Below, in pieces: positions 1 to 11,200 of a stretch of DNA of 64,000 nucleotides. Below the pieces are notes generated by a model. It was not told the DNA's origin. It saw only the letters and a program-made list of their open reading frames with translations, and made no database searches. Position 1 is the stretch's first letter. Every line of letters starts with the position of its first letter. Position numbers and translations under genes: made by a program. The stretch is from Bispira polyomma (taxonomy: Eukaryota): positions 54,250,001 through 54,314,000 of the forward strand of contig OZ287757.1 in NCBI GenBank assembly GCA_965649765.1. Direction: 5' to 3'.

Positions 1-48
1 TTCATCTATATTATGTAAATAAGTTGGTTGCCGGTTCTGAGAGTAAGA

Positions 49-304
49 AATGCTGTTAGGATGATAGCCGACAAATTTAATTGGGTTTGAAAGGTGAGGA
101 CATAGTGGACATTATGGTGGAACAAAACCACAAGAGTGACGTAGTCACAAATTTCTGAATGGCAAGCCACAAGCCGCAATGCTGTTAGGATGATAGCCGA
201 CAACTTTAATTGGGTTTGAAAGGAAAGGAAATAATGGAAGTTATGGTGGAACGAAACCACAAGTTTTACTTAGTCAAGAATTTCTGAATGGCAAACCACA
301 AGCC
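49..304. repeat. Tandem duplication, two diverged copies of ~129 bp
   Basis: aatgctgttaggatgatagccgacaa...tttctgaatggcaa(g/a)ccacaagcc occurs at ~49-175 and ~178-304. Confidence 0.85.
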
Positions 305-1179
305 TTCTGCAAGTCTACTGGCGACTGAAGACCTGTAGTTTGCAGTAAACTATATATATAAAAAAATATAACTCTGACTCTCGACAATTAACAAGTCGTT
401 CAAGGTCTTGAGAAGTATTTGTCAGAGTCCTAGTACCTTAGACAAGGAGTCTTGTTGGATCCTGGCTGATCGGCAAGTCTTGGTGAATCCTATTGAGTCC
501 TGGTTAATTGTAGTGCATTGTCACTCCTAAGAGTAATCCGGAATATAAACCTGGGTAGTCTGTTGTAGATCTTGCCCCTGGCTGTGTTTATTCCTCAAGG
601 TTTTTGGTCCTGGTAGAATTGTGGTCACTGTTTGTGTGACTTCGGATAACTCTTAGGTAAGCATAAAAAACCTAGATGTTTTCAATACCACTTGTGGTAA
701 ATCTAGAACAATCCTAGCATAGTCGTAGAATTCCTGCAGGAAAGTTTTGATATTATCACGACTCTGAATGACCTAGAAAGTTGTGATGATTTTTTCCCAT
801 GATAGACCAGAAACTAGGATCCTAGAACAATCAGCATAGCTGTGGATAATTCTGGGGGTAGGACATGAATGTGGGACATAGGCATAAAACCCTTACCCCC
901 TTGACAACCTTGTCCATCACCTAGTGCTCGACGGATATTAAGTGTATTTGGCAGTACCATACCTGTCAGCCAGTATAAGATATTATTGTATAGCCCTCCT
1001 TCAGCACATAAAACATATTTGGAACACTGCATTTTACATTTAAAAAAATCAATTTTGGTTTATGATGTAATCATTTGTTGCAAAAACGTCATTTATGACG
1101 TCATCAAAGTGTGTCAAAGTATTTTCCTCTGATTGCTTTGAATCTGTGGTGAAGGGGATAAAAACTCTTGATGTTCCAG

Positions 1180-1316
1180 GTATCAGTTTGGGAGCCTCTC
1201 CCCTCTGTGCTGTTTGCTATAGCTGCTATACTACCAGGCCTCCTATGTTTGGTGTTACCAGAAACCGTCAACAGACCACTACCAGACACATTCCAGGAAG
1301 CAGAGGACCTCGCCAG
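1180..1316 (+). CDS. SLC22 / organic cation transporter-like gene, penultimate coding exon (last TM helix)
   Basis: ttccag|GTA...GCC AG|gtagat. Reads VSVWEPLPSVLFAIAAILPGLLCLVLPETVNRPLPDTFQEAEDLA: a hydrophobic helix followed by the SLC22/MFS signature LPETxxxPLPDT. The rest of the gene lies upstream of the window. Confidence 0.9.
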
Positions 1317-2425
1317 GTAGATGGTTTGTTATTTCAAAATTCAGGGGCGTAGCAAGTTTAGAGGCCAGTATGCACAGGCGTACTAATTTAACGACAGAAA
1401 AAAAATAATGTAAAAAAAAACATAATAAAAAAATATTTAAGGACCAAATGATATTTAGGCAAATCTTGTCCAAGGATCTTATCCCACCGCTGAACCTAGC
1501 GGCATTAGTGGGAGTAGAAAGTGGGAGGTTCCGATCACCAGATGAACTCCCTAACCACTAGTTGTGGTCATGTAATGTATAACGAGTGATTGCTACAGTG
1601 CCAAAAGTTAATGTCCAGGCATCCTCTAAAGGCACACCATACACCAAATTAACAAGCACTGAAGCTTGGCTGTTGACACATTGGCAGATGCAGGATTCCG
1701 TAAAGCAGGGAGGGGGGTTCCTTCTGGATTTACCTATGTTAGGGGTATCAGTGGCAAGCTTTTTCCATTCATTCGGATTAAAATTTATTTTAAATTTAGT
1801 TGGGTTGTGCGTCGCTTTTAAACAGCATAGGTCATATCATGGCAGCCAGATTTAAAGATTGAAAAAACCCTACTTTAGTAAAAGACCATATATAGTAGAA
1901 TCCCTTGTGTCTATGTGTCCAATACATACGTCTGCATCATTTAAAACAATATGGAACCATCATGTTATTTCATTATTTCTTTAAAATAAAGTTTTTCCCC
2001 TTTTCCCCTGTTATTTTACTTATTATTTGAGGGTGTAACCGACTCTATCTTTAATATTTGTAAATTGGAACTACTTGGTTTATTCTCAGAATTCCAAATG
2101 GTATCTGTGAATGTTCAGTTTTTGAGCAAAATGGTGCTGACGTGAGAATTTTGATGATGCTTATGTCTAAAATAAATGAAATATCACCCATAGTTAGATC
2201 AATGATTTTACAAAGGAGGAGGGAAACGAAGTTCATCAATGTTATAATTTGGTTGTCAGATTCATGTTTGCTGCTGACAAAAAAAAATTGATTTTTAAAA
2301 GGGTGGGTTTGTTGACAGGACATGTTGACAATCTAGAATACCATTATACCGTTAAGGAACATGGCTATAATGTGTTTTATATTGTTACATTGCTGACTAT
2401 GCACTAATGAGATATTATTTTGCAG

Positions 2426-2546
2426 GAGTAAGCCCTCTGGAAAACATAATAAAGACAAACCGAGTGTGCCAACTGAGGGATGCAAGGTGGAGTGTGAGAA
2501 AGAGACTACATCAGGTCATGATGAAGCTGCCTGTACAAGATTATGA
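2426..2546 (+). CDS. SLC22-like gene, terminal coding exon
   Basis: ttttgcag|G completes AG+G (Arg), phase 2 as required. Reads RSKPSGKHNKDKPSVPTEGCKVECEKETTSGHDEAACTRL*, TGA at 2544-2546. Confidence 0.75.
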
Positions 2547-3009
2547 AAAAATTAGCACAATTATGAACAGGAAAGACTATGATAAAACTGTGAAGTTGAA
2601 GAAATTGAGCCATTGGTTTTATTACATTTTCGTGTAAAAATAGGCTATATTTTTTAGTAAAATTTATCAATAAGACATGGAATTAAACATAGATTAATAG
2701 AACAGTACAATACCCTAGAGCGGTATCCAAACAAATGGCTAAGTCTAGACATTGTTCCAAATCTAGCACAACAGTATACTAGATCTAAAACAAAGTCTTG
2801 GCTTAGCTCTTTTGTAAATACCACCCATTGTGGAATAAATAAGAGTTTGAGGAGTTACAACAAAGAATTGTTAATAAAAAAAAGCTACGATCTAGCAGTG
2901 TAATGTTATAAAATTTTATTTTTTTAATGTCATAACATAATGTATTGCCCGTCTGGTAATAAATAATAATTGAAACATTTATATAGCACCAAATTGATGA
3001 GAACATCCT

Positions 3010-3300
3010 CTAAGGCGCTGATATGCAAAAAGGGAAAATCAAGGGGCAAGCAAAAGTTGTTACCAAAAAGCATCCACCAAAGGAATGGTGACTGAGGAGG
3101 GGGGAGGCCAATCTGAAAAGGTAAGTTTTCAAATGGGATCTGAAACCAGTAATTTTATCCTGTGATCTGACAGTATGTGGGATTTTGTTCCATTCCACAG
3201 GAACTGCAACGGCAAAACAGAGCCTACCGATAAAGTGCACAAAAACCTATGGTCTGAGCGAATTTATCAAGAAGTGCTTCAAAATGCCCATATTTGGCAT
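3010..3300 (-). mobile_element. L2/CR1-type LINE 3' fragment
   Basis: Minus strand reads FAVAVPVEWNKIPHTVRSQDKITGFRSHLKTYLF, the typical L2 ORF2 C-terminus (WNxLP...FKxxLKTYLF). Confidence 0.75.
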
Positions 3301-4679
3301 AGGGTATAAAATTACAAGCAGTGTATTAGTGAAGAATTCACACTGTCACTTGGCCACTAATAGGATCAGAGTTTGATCGCTGGGTTTAGCCCAATCACAG
3401 AAGGAACAACGATATATTAGACATTTCTATACATATTATGAGCATAATATCTGGTGGAATGATAAATAAATGCTATAATACCTAGTAGTTGAGCCACTAA
3501 CATTAAAAATATGTCAAAAACTAGTTGAGTTATAGAGGTTTAAAGTCCAACATATGCCTAAATTAGGATCAGCATTTGATAAATGCTTCTACACACCAGA
3601 GCTGAGATTCCAACCAACGACTGCAGAGGATATTTGGATGTTCCACTGCATCGGATCACGGTCGAAGTTTTGAAATAAATCTAATTGACTGAAGAATTAA
3701 CATAAAACTGGGTGTGAGGGGATAGTTTACTGTCTCAAATTCAATCAACAGTATTTATTCGGCTAGGACTCCATCAACTAAAGGCAATGTAAGGAATTGG
3801 GAAAGTCCACCACATATATTTGCAATAGGTTGAAGTTCTAAAGTTTCCTTCAACGACAAGAGTCACCTTATTTAAAAAAAAGACACGGGCACACAGTGTG
3901 TAAAATTGTTGTGAACCTGAGTCTAGGATCCCGCGAAGCTCTGAAGTTTAGTATTGACCAACTCCTGTGACCAATATATAAGGAATTGCTTAGTAAGATG
4001 CGAGAGCCATTCTGCTACTGAGACTTGAACTAGTATGTACATTGTTGAATACCAAAATCATATTATATGGTATTATCATATTCGGTTCGGTTTTGAGAAA
4101 TACAACAAAACATAAATATGACACGCCTCTGCCTGGCCTAGTCGATTACTTTCAACCAATCCATGAAGGTCTTAACATATTATTTCTAAGATGGTGACGC
4201 CCTGTTTAATGGTGGTGCCCTTGTCAGAGTAAAAGCACCATCAAGCTGTGCCTGACAAATATTGTGACCTGACCAGTGATATCTATTCTGGTGGTATAAT
4301 AGTTACATCTGCCTGGTAGCTCATAATTATGTAAGCACAGTCAACACAAATAACTGTCACTCGGTTATTGGCAAAGCTAATTACACAAACCATTATCACA
4401 CACAACCAAAGGTAACACTTTAAGAACCCTAAAACAAATTTAGAAAAATGTGAGAAAGAAAGACTTTACATGGTATTTAGTTTTGTCAGTATTTAATTTC
4501 AATTTGGAGTAATTTATGCAAGCCTCTGTTGTGGAGAGGCAGTCAGCAAGTAGGCCGAGATTTTTGTGAGCATTATGAGGGTTGAGTGACAGATTTGAGT
4601 ATCGTCAGCATACATATGGTGTTTAACATTGTGGCTATTAATGACTGTAAAAAAGTGTAAAAAGTAGCAGCCCTAAGGG

Positions 4680-4900
4680 TACCCCGACATGGAGGTTCAA
4701 AAAGGATCAGAAATTATCAGCCAGTTTGATCTTTTGGGTTCTGAGAGCAAGATAGAATCTACTCCAATCAAGGACAGTTCCATTAAGTCCAAACCACTGC
4801 TTTGGGTGGTCGAACAGTAGACCATGTTCAATAGTATCAAAAGCTGCTGAGCTCTAGACCATTCTCTCATTCCCCACTTATGATACATAGCACCAAAATT
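4680..4900 (-). mobile_element. Decayed LINE (L2-like) reverse transcriptase fragment
   Basis: Minus strand gives WFGLNGTVLDW-like residues typical of the RT region before the GVPQG motif; frameshifted. Confidence 0.5.
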
Positions 4901-5541
4901 CTGCAATTTTGCAAATTACTGTAAATAGGTGTGGTATGGTTTTAGGATGGTTTGCATTAGGGTTGTTTGGGTGTATCTGGTATATCTGTGTTTTCAACTT
5001 TATGGTTTCCGTAATACGTGTACTTTTTTATGACTTGTCACCAACATTTTCTCTTTATGTTTTGTTGGCTCTTGAACTATGGTATGAACCTGATGTTATG
5101 GATATGCTATTATCTGTACTTTATCTCCCTCGAAATGTGGGACTCCAAGCTATCTCTAATGCTAATTCCGTCAAGTGTTTCAACGTGGGTAGATCATAAA
5201 GTCCTCATATAGAGTTATAATCTGCATGGAACTCTTTGTGGGTGTGTTTTTAAAAAAGGAATATATTCTGGTCTGTGTTTAGACCGAAGTTTTCATGTAT
5301 TGCATGTGGTTTCTGATAGTGACTATAATAGTCAAGCACCCTGTCGTTTAGGTTTTTTAATCGTTAAATTGATCTATCTAATAAACATTCAATCTTTTTT
5401 ATGTTCCCAACTACTAATAAATCCTCTTAATTGTTCAACGTTTTGGTACAATTATCTAGAATACTGTTTAAATCTACTTGCTGACAAAGAAATACTGTAT
5501 ACCTCTTGCACACTTTAATTCTTGACATGCCTGACATTCCT

Positions 5542-5653
5542 GGGGCCGTATTCAGGAAGGGACTAAGCCAAGTCTTAGGCTTAAAGCTAGCACAAACGTA
5601 TACTGATTTAAGCCTAAGGCTTGGCTTAGTCCCTTACTGAATACTCTGGGCCC
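5542..5653. mobile_element. Short foldback MITE / near-perfect hairpin
   Basis: gtattcaggaagggactaagccaagtcttaggcttaaa pairs with tttaagcctaaggcttggcttagtcccttactgaatac (38-bp arms, 2 mismatches, ~20-nt loop). Confidence 0.85.
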
Positions 5654-7476
5654 TGCTACTAAGGTTAGATGGACTACCTTTGATTAATTTATTAAGTGCA
5701 TTACTATAGTACATGTCATGTTATACACAGAAACTTGTTAAACCTTTAAAACACAACTGTAAATTTACAGGAACATCTTCACATATTAATGGCAAATACC
5801 TCTGTTAAATTAGGAATGTTTAAAAGACAACGAATATACATTTAGGCCAGGTTTTACCTACAATGTGCATTTGTGTTACGATTTGCAACTATATGTCATA
5901 TGCATATAGGTGTGTCTCAGAAATACTAATATTACTGTGGCATTTGGAAGATTAAATTTTTGTTTTAAATAGTTGGGTGGTGGGGTTTTCACTTGAATGA
6001 ATACATCACTTTCTGATACATACAAAGTGTATATATATATAAATATTCTATAATCATTTTGGGGATATCGCGCCATTCAATATTTACCAAACTAGACATT
6101 CACTCTCTGACACAAAATAAAGGCCGAGTAATTCATGTGTTCAGTGACGTCATAGTATTTTATTGGACACGTGTTGAGAATACTCCAATACATTTAGTTG
6201 TTCATTTGGGCTTTGGTGGAGGATCGAAGAGGTATGATATTCTACGACAGTGTTTTTCTTTACTGAAAATTATTTTATTTTTTGGCAGAACTTGATTCAT
6301 GTATAACTAGAGTCATCTTCAAGTGAATTGTTTAATGGCTTCATTCAGAAGTGATATATAACATACAGTACAGTATGTTATTCCGTTGATTTCGGTTTAA
6401 TTATTAGACATACTTCAGCAAAACGTAAAAAATTTGGTGAAAACCATGCTGGCAAAACTTTCTGAATTTTTGAGAATTAAAGTGAATTGAATTAAAGTAA
6501 CACTATTGTTTGACAAAGTTTTTAACCAAGTCATTCTACTGTAGGTAACCCCCGACATGATTATAAATACTTGTTGAAAGTCCGGCTGTCAATATAAAAA
6601 AGCTAGTGACGCAGTTCACTGAGCAATATTTGATATTTTCACCAACGTTCTCTTTAAATATCCTTCAAATTGAATCAAATTCTGTGTTTTCGTATAATTT
6701 TTTTTCCTACAGAATGACGTCTTTCTTGTGTAACAGTTTATATAACTTCCACTTTGATTAAAATAAGGTTTATTTTTGCCGTTCACCAAAATGTCGACTT
6801 AAAGCTATCAAGCTAGGCAGTAGATAGGTTTACACATCTTATTTGTGGACGTTATTGTAACGGCAAATTCAAAGGCAGAAATATGACGTCATGCATAACC
6901 AGGTTTCATTAGTTGTAGCTTTGGTGTACATTATAGTGCCTACAGCATACTGTCTCTGGTCTTATAATTCTAGACTGCCTTATATCGCCAACCAATTTTT
7001 ACCCACCCCGAGAAGCATATTGATATTTCAACAGAAATACTGTGGTGTGGTATAGAAAGCAAAATGACGCACTAAAAAGTGAGTTTCAGCACCCGTATAT
7101 GTGGCACTAAAAAGTGAGTTTAAACACCCGTACACGTGGACTGTAGTTACACCTGTCTTCACTCTCGCCCGTTTTTGGCAATAGTTTTCTTCTGAATTGT
7201 AGCTGTTAAAACCACACATGGCATAAATCTGATATAAATATGAAGAAAAAAAAATGGTCAGGGAAGCTTATTGGTGTCGGGGAAAAGCTTAAAACCTATC
7301 ATTTTTTACCTGGCCTTCCCACTCTAGTTTCCTGTACACCCTCCACATCCTTCCTTGCAATGTCCATGGATCACACAATTGGATCACGGGAGTTCCGCTG
7401 TTGCACTTTAGAAGATGCATCACTGAAGCCTGTTAAAAATGTATAATAATAATATAGTAATAATGCACAGCTAGGT

Positions 7477-7703
7477 TACTGGTCGCTAGATATTTTTGTC
7501 AAGTAGATATTTCTGTCATTGACAAAATAAACCATCTTAATCACAGCAGTGACATGGAATTTATTTTAACTGCTAGATAAAAGGTCAATCTATAAGAATT
7601 ATAACAAAACATAGAAGTTTATTATTCAATTTAGATTTTAAAAGCATTTAAATGGACTACGGCATAAATATCCACTTAACAAAAATATCTAGCGAGGCAG
7701 TAG
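7477..7703. mobile_element. MITE with ~35-bp terminal inverted repeats
   Basis: tactggtcgctagatatttttgtcaagtagatattt versus aaatatccacttaacaaaaatatctagcgaggcagta. Confidence 0.7.
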
Positions 7704-8202
7704 CATCACCAAATTTTAGTTTTCATATCAAATATTTCGCAGACAGAAATTGTTACAGTACATAAAGTTACAAAAGAATTTGTACTAACAGACCAATTAA
7801 CCTCTGTCTACCAATGAATGTGTAAATAGCAATTATTATGTCAAATCAATGTGTCTAAAATTATATTTACATTACAAAACTAAAATATTTCTTCCGAGAT
7901 GCTTACAGTTTCAATCAGGTTTGGGTTTTGATTGGTACTTTGTACATGGGCGTTAATTGGTCTGACACCAGCAGTGTTTCTCAAACATAACGTTATTCCT
8001 CAAAAAATTATAAACGGTCCACCCCACTCCCATACAAAGCATTGATATGAAGTATTTTATTCTTAAAAGTCGTGTAGATTTCACTATAAATTACAGCTCT
8101 TATTTTTTGTAAAAAAAAATATTTCTTGTTTTTCAGGAAAATCTTAAAGTGAGTTATAAGAGTTTAAACAAGAGGCTGCTCTTTTTGTGGACGTCTAAAA
8201 CA

Positions 8203-8272
8203 ATGGGTCCGATGTACTTCCTGTTGATTGCTGTTGCATTGTGGGGCTCGACTTGTCAGGTGTCCTTTGCAG
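8203..8272 (+). CDS. Protease coding exon 1: signal peptide MGPMYFLLIAVALWGSTCQVSFA
   Basis: Good Kozak context aacaATGG, hydrophobic core ending S-F-A, donor GCA G|gtaaaa. An acceptor tttcag at 8136 implies an upstream non-coding exon. Confidence 0.85.
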
Positions 8273-11200
8273 GTAAAATATTACGCCCCCCCTCCCCCTA
8301 TACACACAATAATCTTGGTTTATTTCCTTCCCAAACTTATTTCCTTCTTAACAGATAATAAGAGGTCTGACTGTCGCTTGTCTTTGTTTATTCAATCTTA
8401 TCTCTTTTTTTTTCAGTTTGTTAGAATCATTTAAAAACTATACAGTAACAGCTAAACTTCTTTCTCTGTCAGACGATAACCAAATGTTCTATTTGACCAT
8501 AACTAAAGCTCTTGTATCTTCTTGTTCTATTATTACTCGCATGTTTTATATCTTTTGTGTCTATCTATTCTGTCTGTCTTGACTTACAAAGTCCCAGTAT
8601 TTATATGGACATCTCTAATACAATTGATTTCACTGATAAACCCCAAACCCCGATTTTGACCAATTGGAAGTAGTGATAGGAAAGTCTCCCGGTTTGACAC
8701 CTGCTAATTGCCACAAGGTTTATTGGTTGATATAACAATTGGAATTGGAATTGTGATATTTAACAGCCACCTTTTTAGTACCTGTTTAGGTTATATTGGG
8801 ATGGGTAGTTGGAAACGCTGGAGGAAACACTGCATACAGTTGATCAAGGTTCTGCACTGAAACCAGTGGTCCACAGTAAGGAACTACCACCTTTCCCACA
8901 TAGGCATCGACGGGATTCGAACTCACGCCGCCCAGAGGTGAGAGACCAGTGATTGTGAAGCGCAATGCTTGCTAACCACTAGGCCACCGCGGCCCCCTGG
9001 TGGATATAACATCCTCAGGGCTAAGATGTAAACATACCATTGCCTACTACAGACTATCCCTTTTGGACGCCGAACATAATCTTCTGAGATTGATTTATCA
9101 ATGGGGTGCCATATAAAAATACTTAAGATAATAACGCTACCATAGAACCTCTATTATCTGAACACATTCGGACAGTGATGTTTTTGATTTGGATAATATA
9201 AAAGTTCATAAACTAGAAGAGGTGTCTCTGTATAAAACCGAAGTAACATTGGAAAGGAGTGCCTCAAATTGAATATGCCTATAAGTAGAAGTTTGGATAA
9301 TAGAGTTGCTACTATCATAAATATTTTGTGGGTGGGTTGTTGTTTTTTTAGCAGAGAGTGGTGAAACCATCGCATTCGTAAAGATACACGAGACAGTGAT
9401 CGGCACAGAGAAACGAGAGTTAATCTACTTCCCCGATGTCCTGGATGTTGACATGGAGTTTGGGGATGAAAGTCAGAAACTACATCTAGAAAAGCAGAAG
9501 AATCTGGATCTTAGGAATGTTAAAGTGTCCACCAGCGATGGAACACAAGTGAAACCAAAAAGGGTAAATGTGAACATTTGTCAATATACTTGGGGTAACC
9601 TCTTGTTTGGACACTGTAGGTCTAGTGGGTAAATATCCTCGCTTTGAGGGTGTAGAACACCTGGGTTCAATCCCAGTATGGAGCAACCAGCTATTGGTAA
9701 TGTGTTTTTAAGTTCTATAGCATCAATGACCAGGCATCCTCTGTGGCGCATATTGTAATAAGTGTGCAAAAGAATAGATCGGAAAAAAATATCCCATGAC
9801 CAAGAGACGAAGTTGAAGCGGATAAAGCGAGTTGATACCAATGCGTGTTGATCTTTTCCCTGAAGCCGGTAATTCTTGTCTTAGTGCAAAGAGTAGGAGG
9901 AAGACTATTCCACTCGGAATGTGCTGCAACTGTGAATGATTCGGGTACGGACAGATACATAGCGACTCAGATAACACCCCTTCAAATGGCATCTTGTTGG
10001 AAACTCACTTTATAATGTCAATTTTCATGTAAAACTCAGTAGGGTGTAGTGGTAAAAAGTGTCTGCTTTAACATCACTGGCCTCTCGCCTCTGGGGATCA
10101 AATCGTGCAGATTCCTTTTTCATGCGAGAAAGTTGGTCAGGCAATTGCAGTAGGTCAGTGGCTTTAGCAATGGTTTCACTCCCCACTAATCCTGGCTGTT
10201 GCGATATGATCAATGCTGTTGAAAGCAACGCTAAAACCCGAATGATTTTAAATTTAACCTAAGCAGCCAACAACATTTGTTACTCCCAGAACTTATGTCT
10301 GTTGGCAAGCAGTCAACACTGCAAAATTATTGTCTTTTTTTCCTAAGATCTAAATTTTAGAGTAAGTTTGGTTGATCGGGCAGACGTTAGTTTTATAGTA
10401 TGTTTACATTTAAAATCTCTAGCGGTGTATAGTTTTGATTTTACTGGCGGTTCTATTTAATCTCGGAAGTTTTAGCAATAGCATCAATAGTGTGGTGACG
10501 AAGACATTGTTTTTTGTGGGTATTTTCTTTTTCTAGCGGGTAGCTTGGTATCAAGATTTGGACAACATGGCTGCTATCATGGTTGAAGTAAATGAAGGTG
10601 AAGGAAGACTGAAAAAGAGCCTGGTAACTATTCTAGTTTTATTTTATGGCAAAGCCTACAATAAACTCATAATATGTTGAAAAAATTTTAATACTTTGAC
10701 TTTCACTTTTAATAGGATAAAAAGTTTGTATTAGTATGTAGTATGGGTTTTGTGTATTTTTTTCATTTTAGTTGCCCTTTCTGCTTGGTATTGATTTTTG
10801 GATTAAAAGAAATAATAAAAATATTGAAAAGTTTATCAAATTTAATATTTGGATAATAGAAAGTTCAGATATTAGAGGTTCTACTGTAATGTCAATACTA
10901 CAGACAGGGACGATGCTTTCTGGAAGCAGAGCCTTTGAAATCCGACCTGCCCCCAGATCACTGAAGATGCTAGAGGATCTGCTGACAGCTAGAGGCCTGG
11001 GGACACATGACAGTCACATGATGCACGTCCTTAAAGAGGTGGACCTCTACAAACTGACAGACTTTGATGGCCAAGGTATCTACAGTATAACTTGTACATT
11101 CAAACCCCTTTAAGTCGAACCTCAAGGGACCAGTAGAAACACTTCTACTTAAGCAGGATTTTTGATGAATGGGGTAGATTTTAAAAGAACCAGCCATAAA

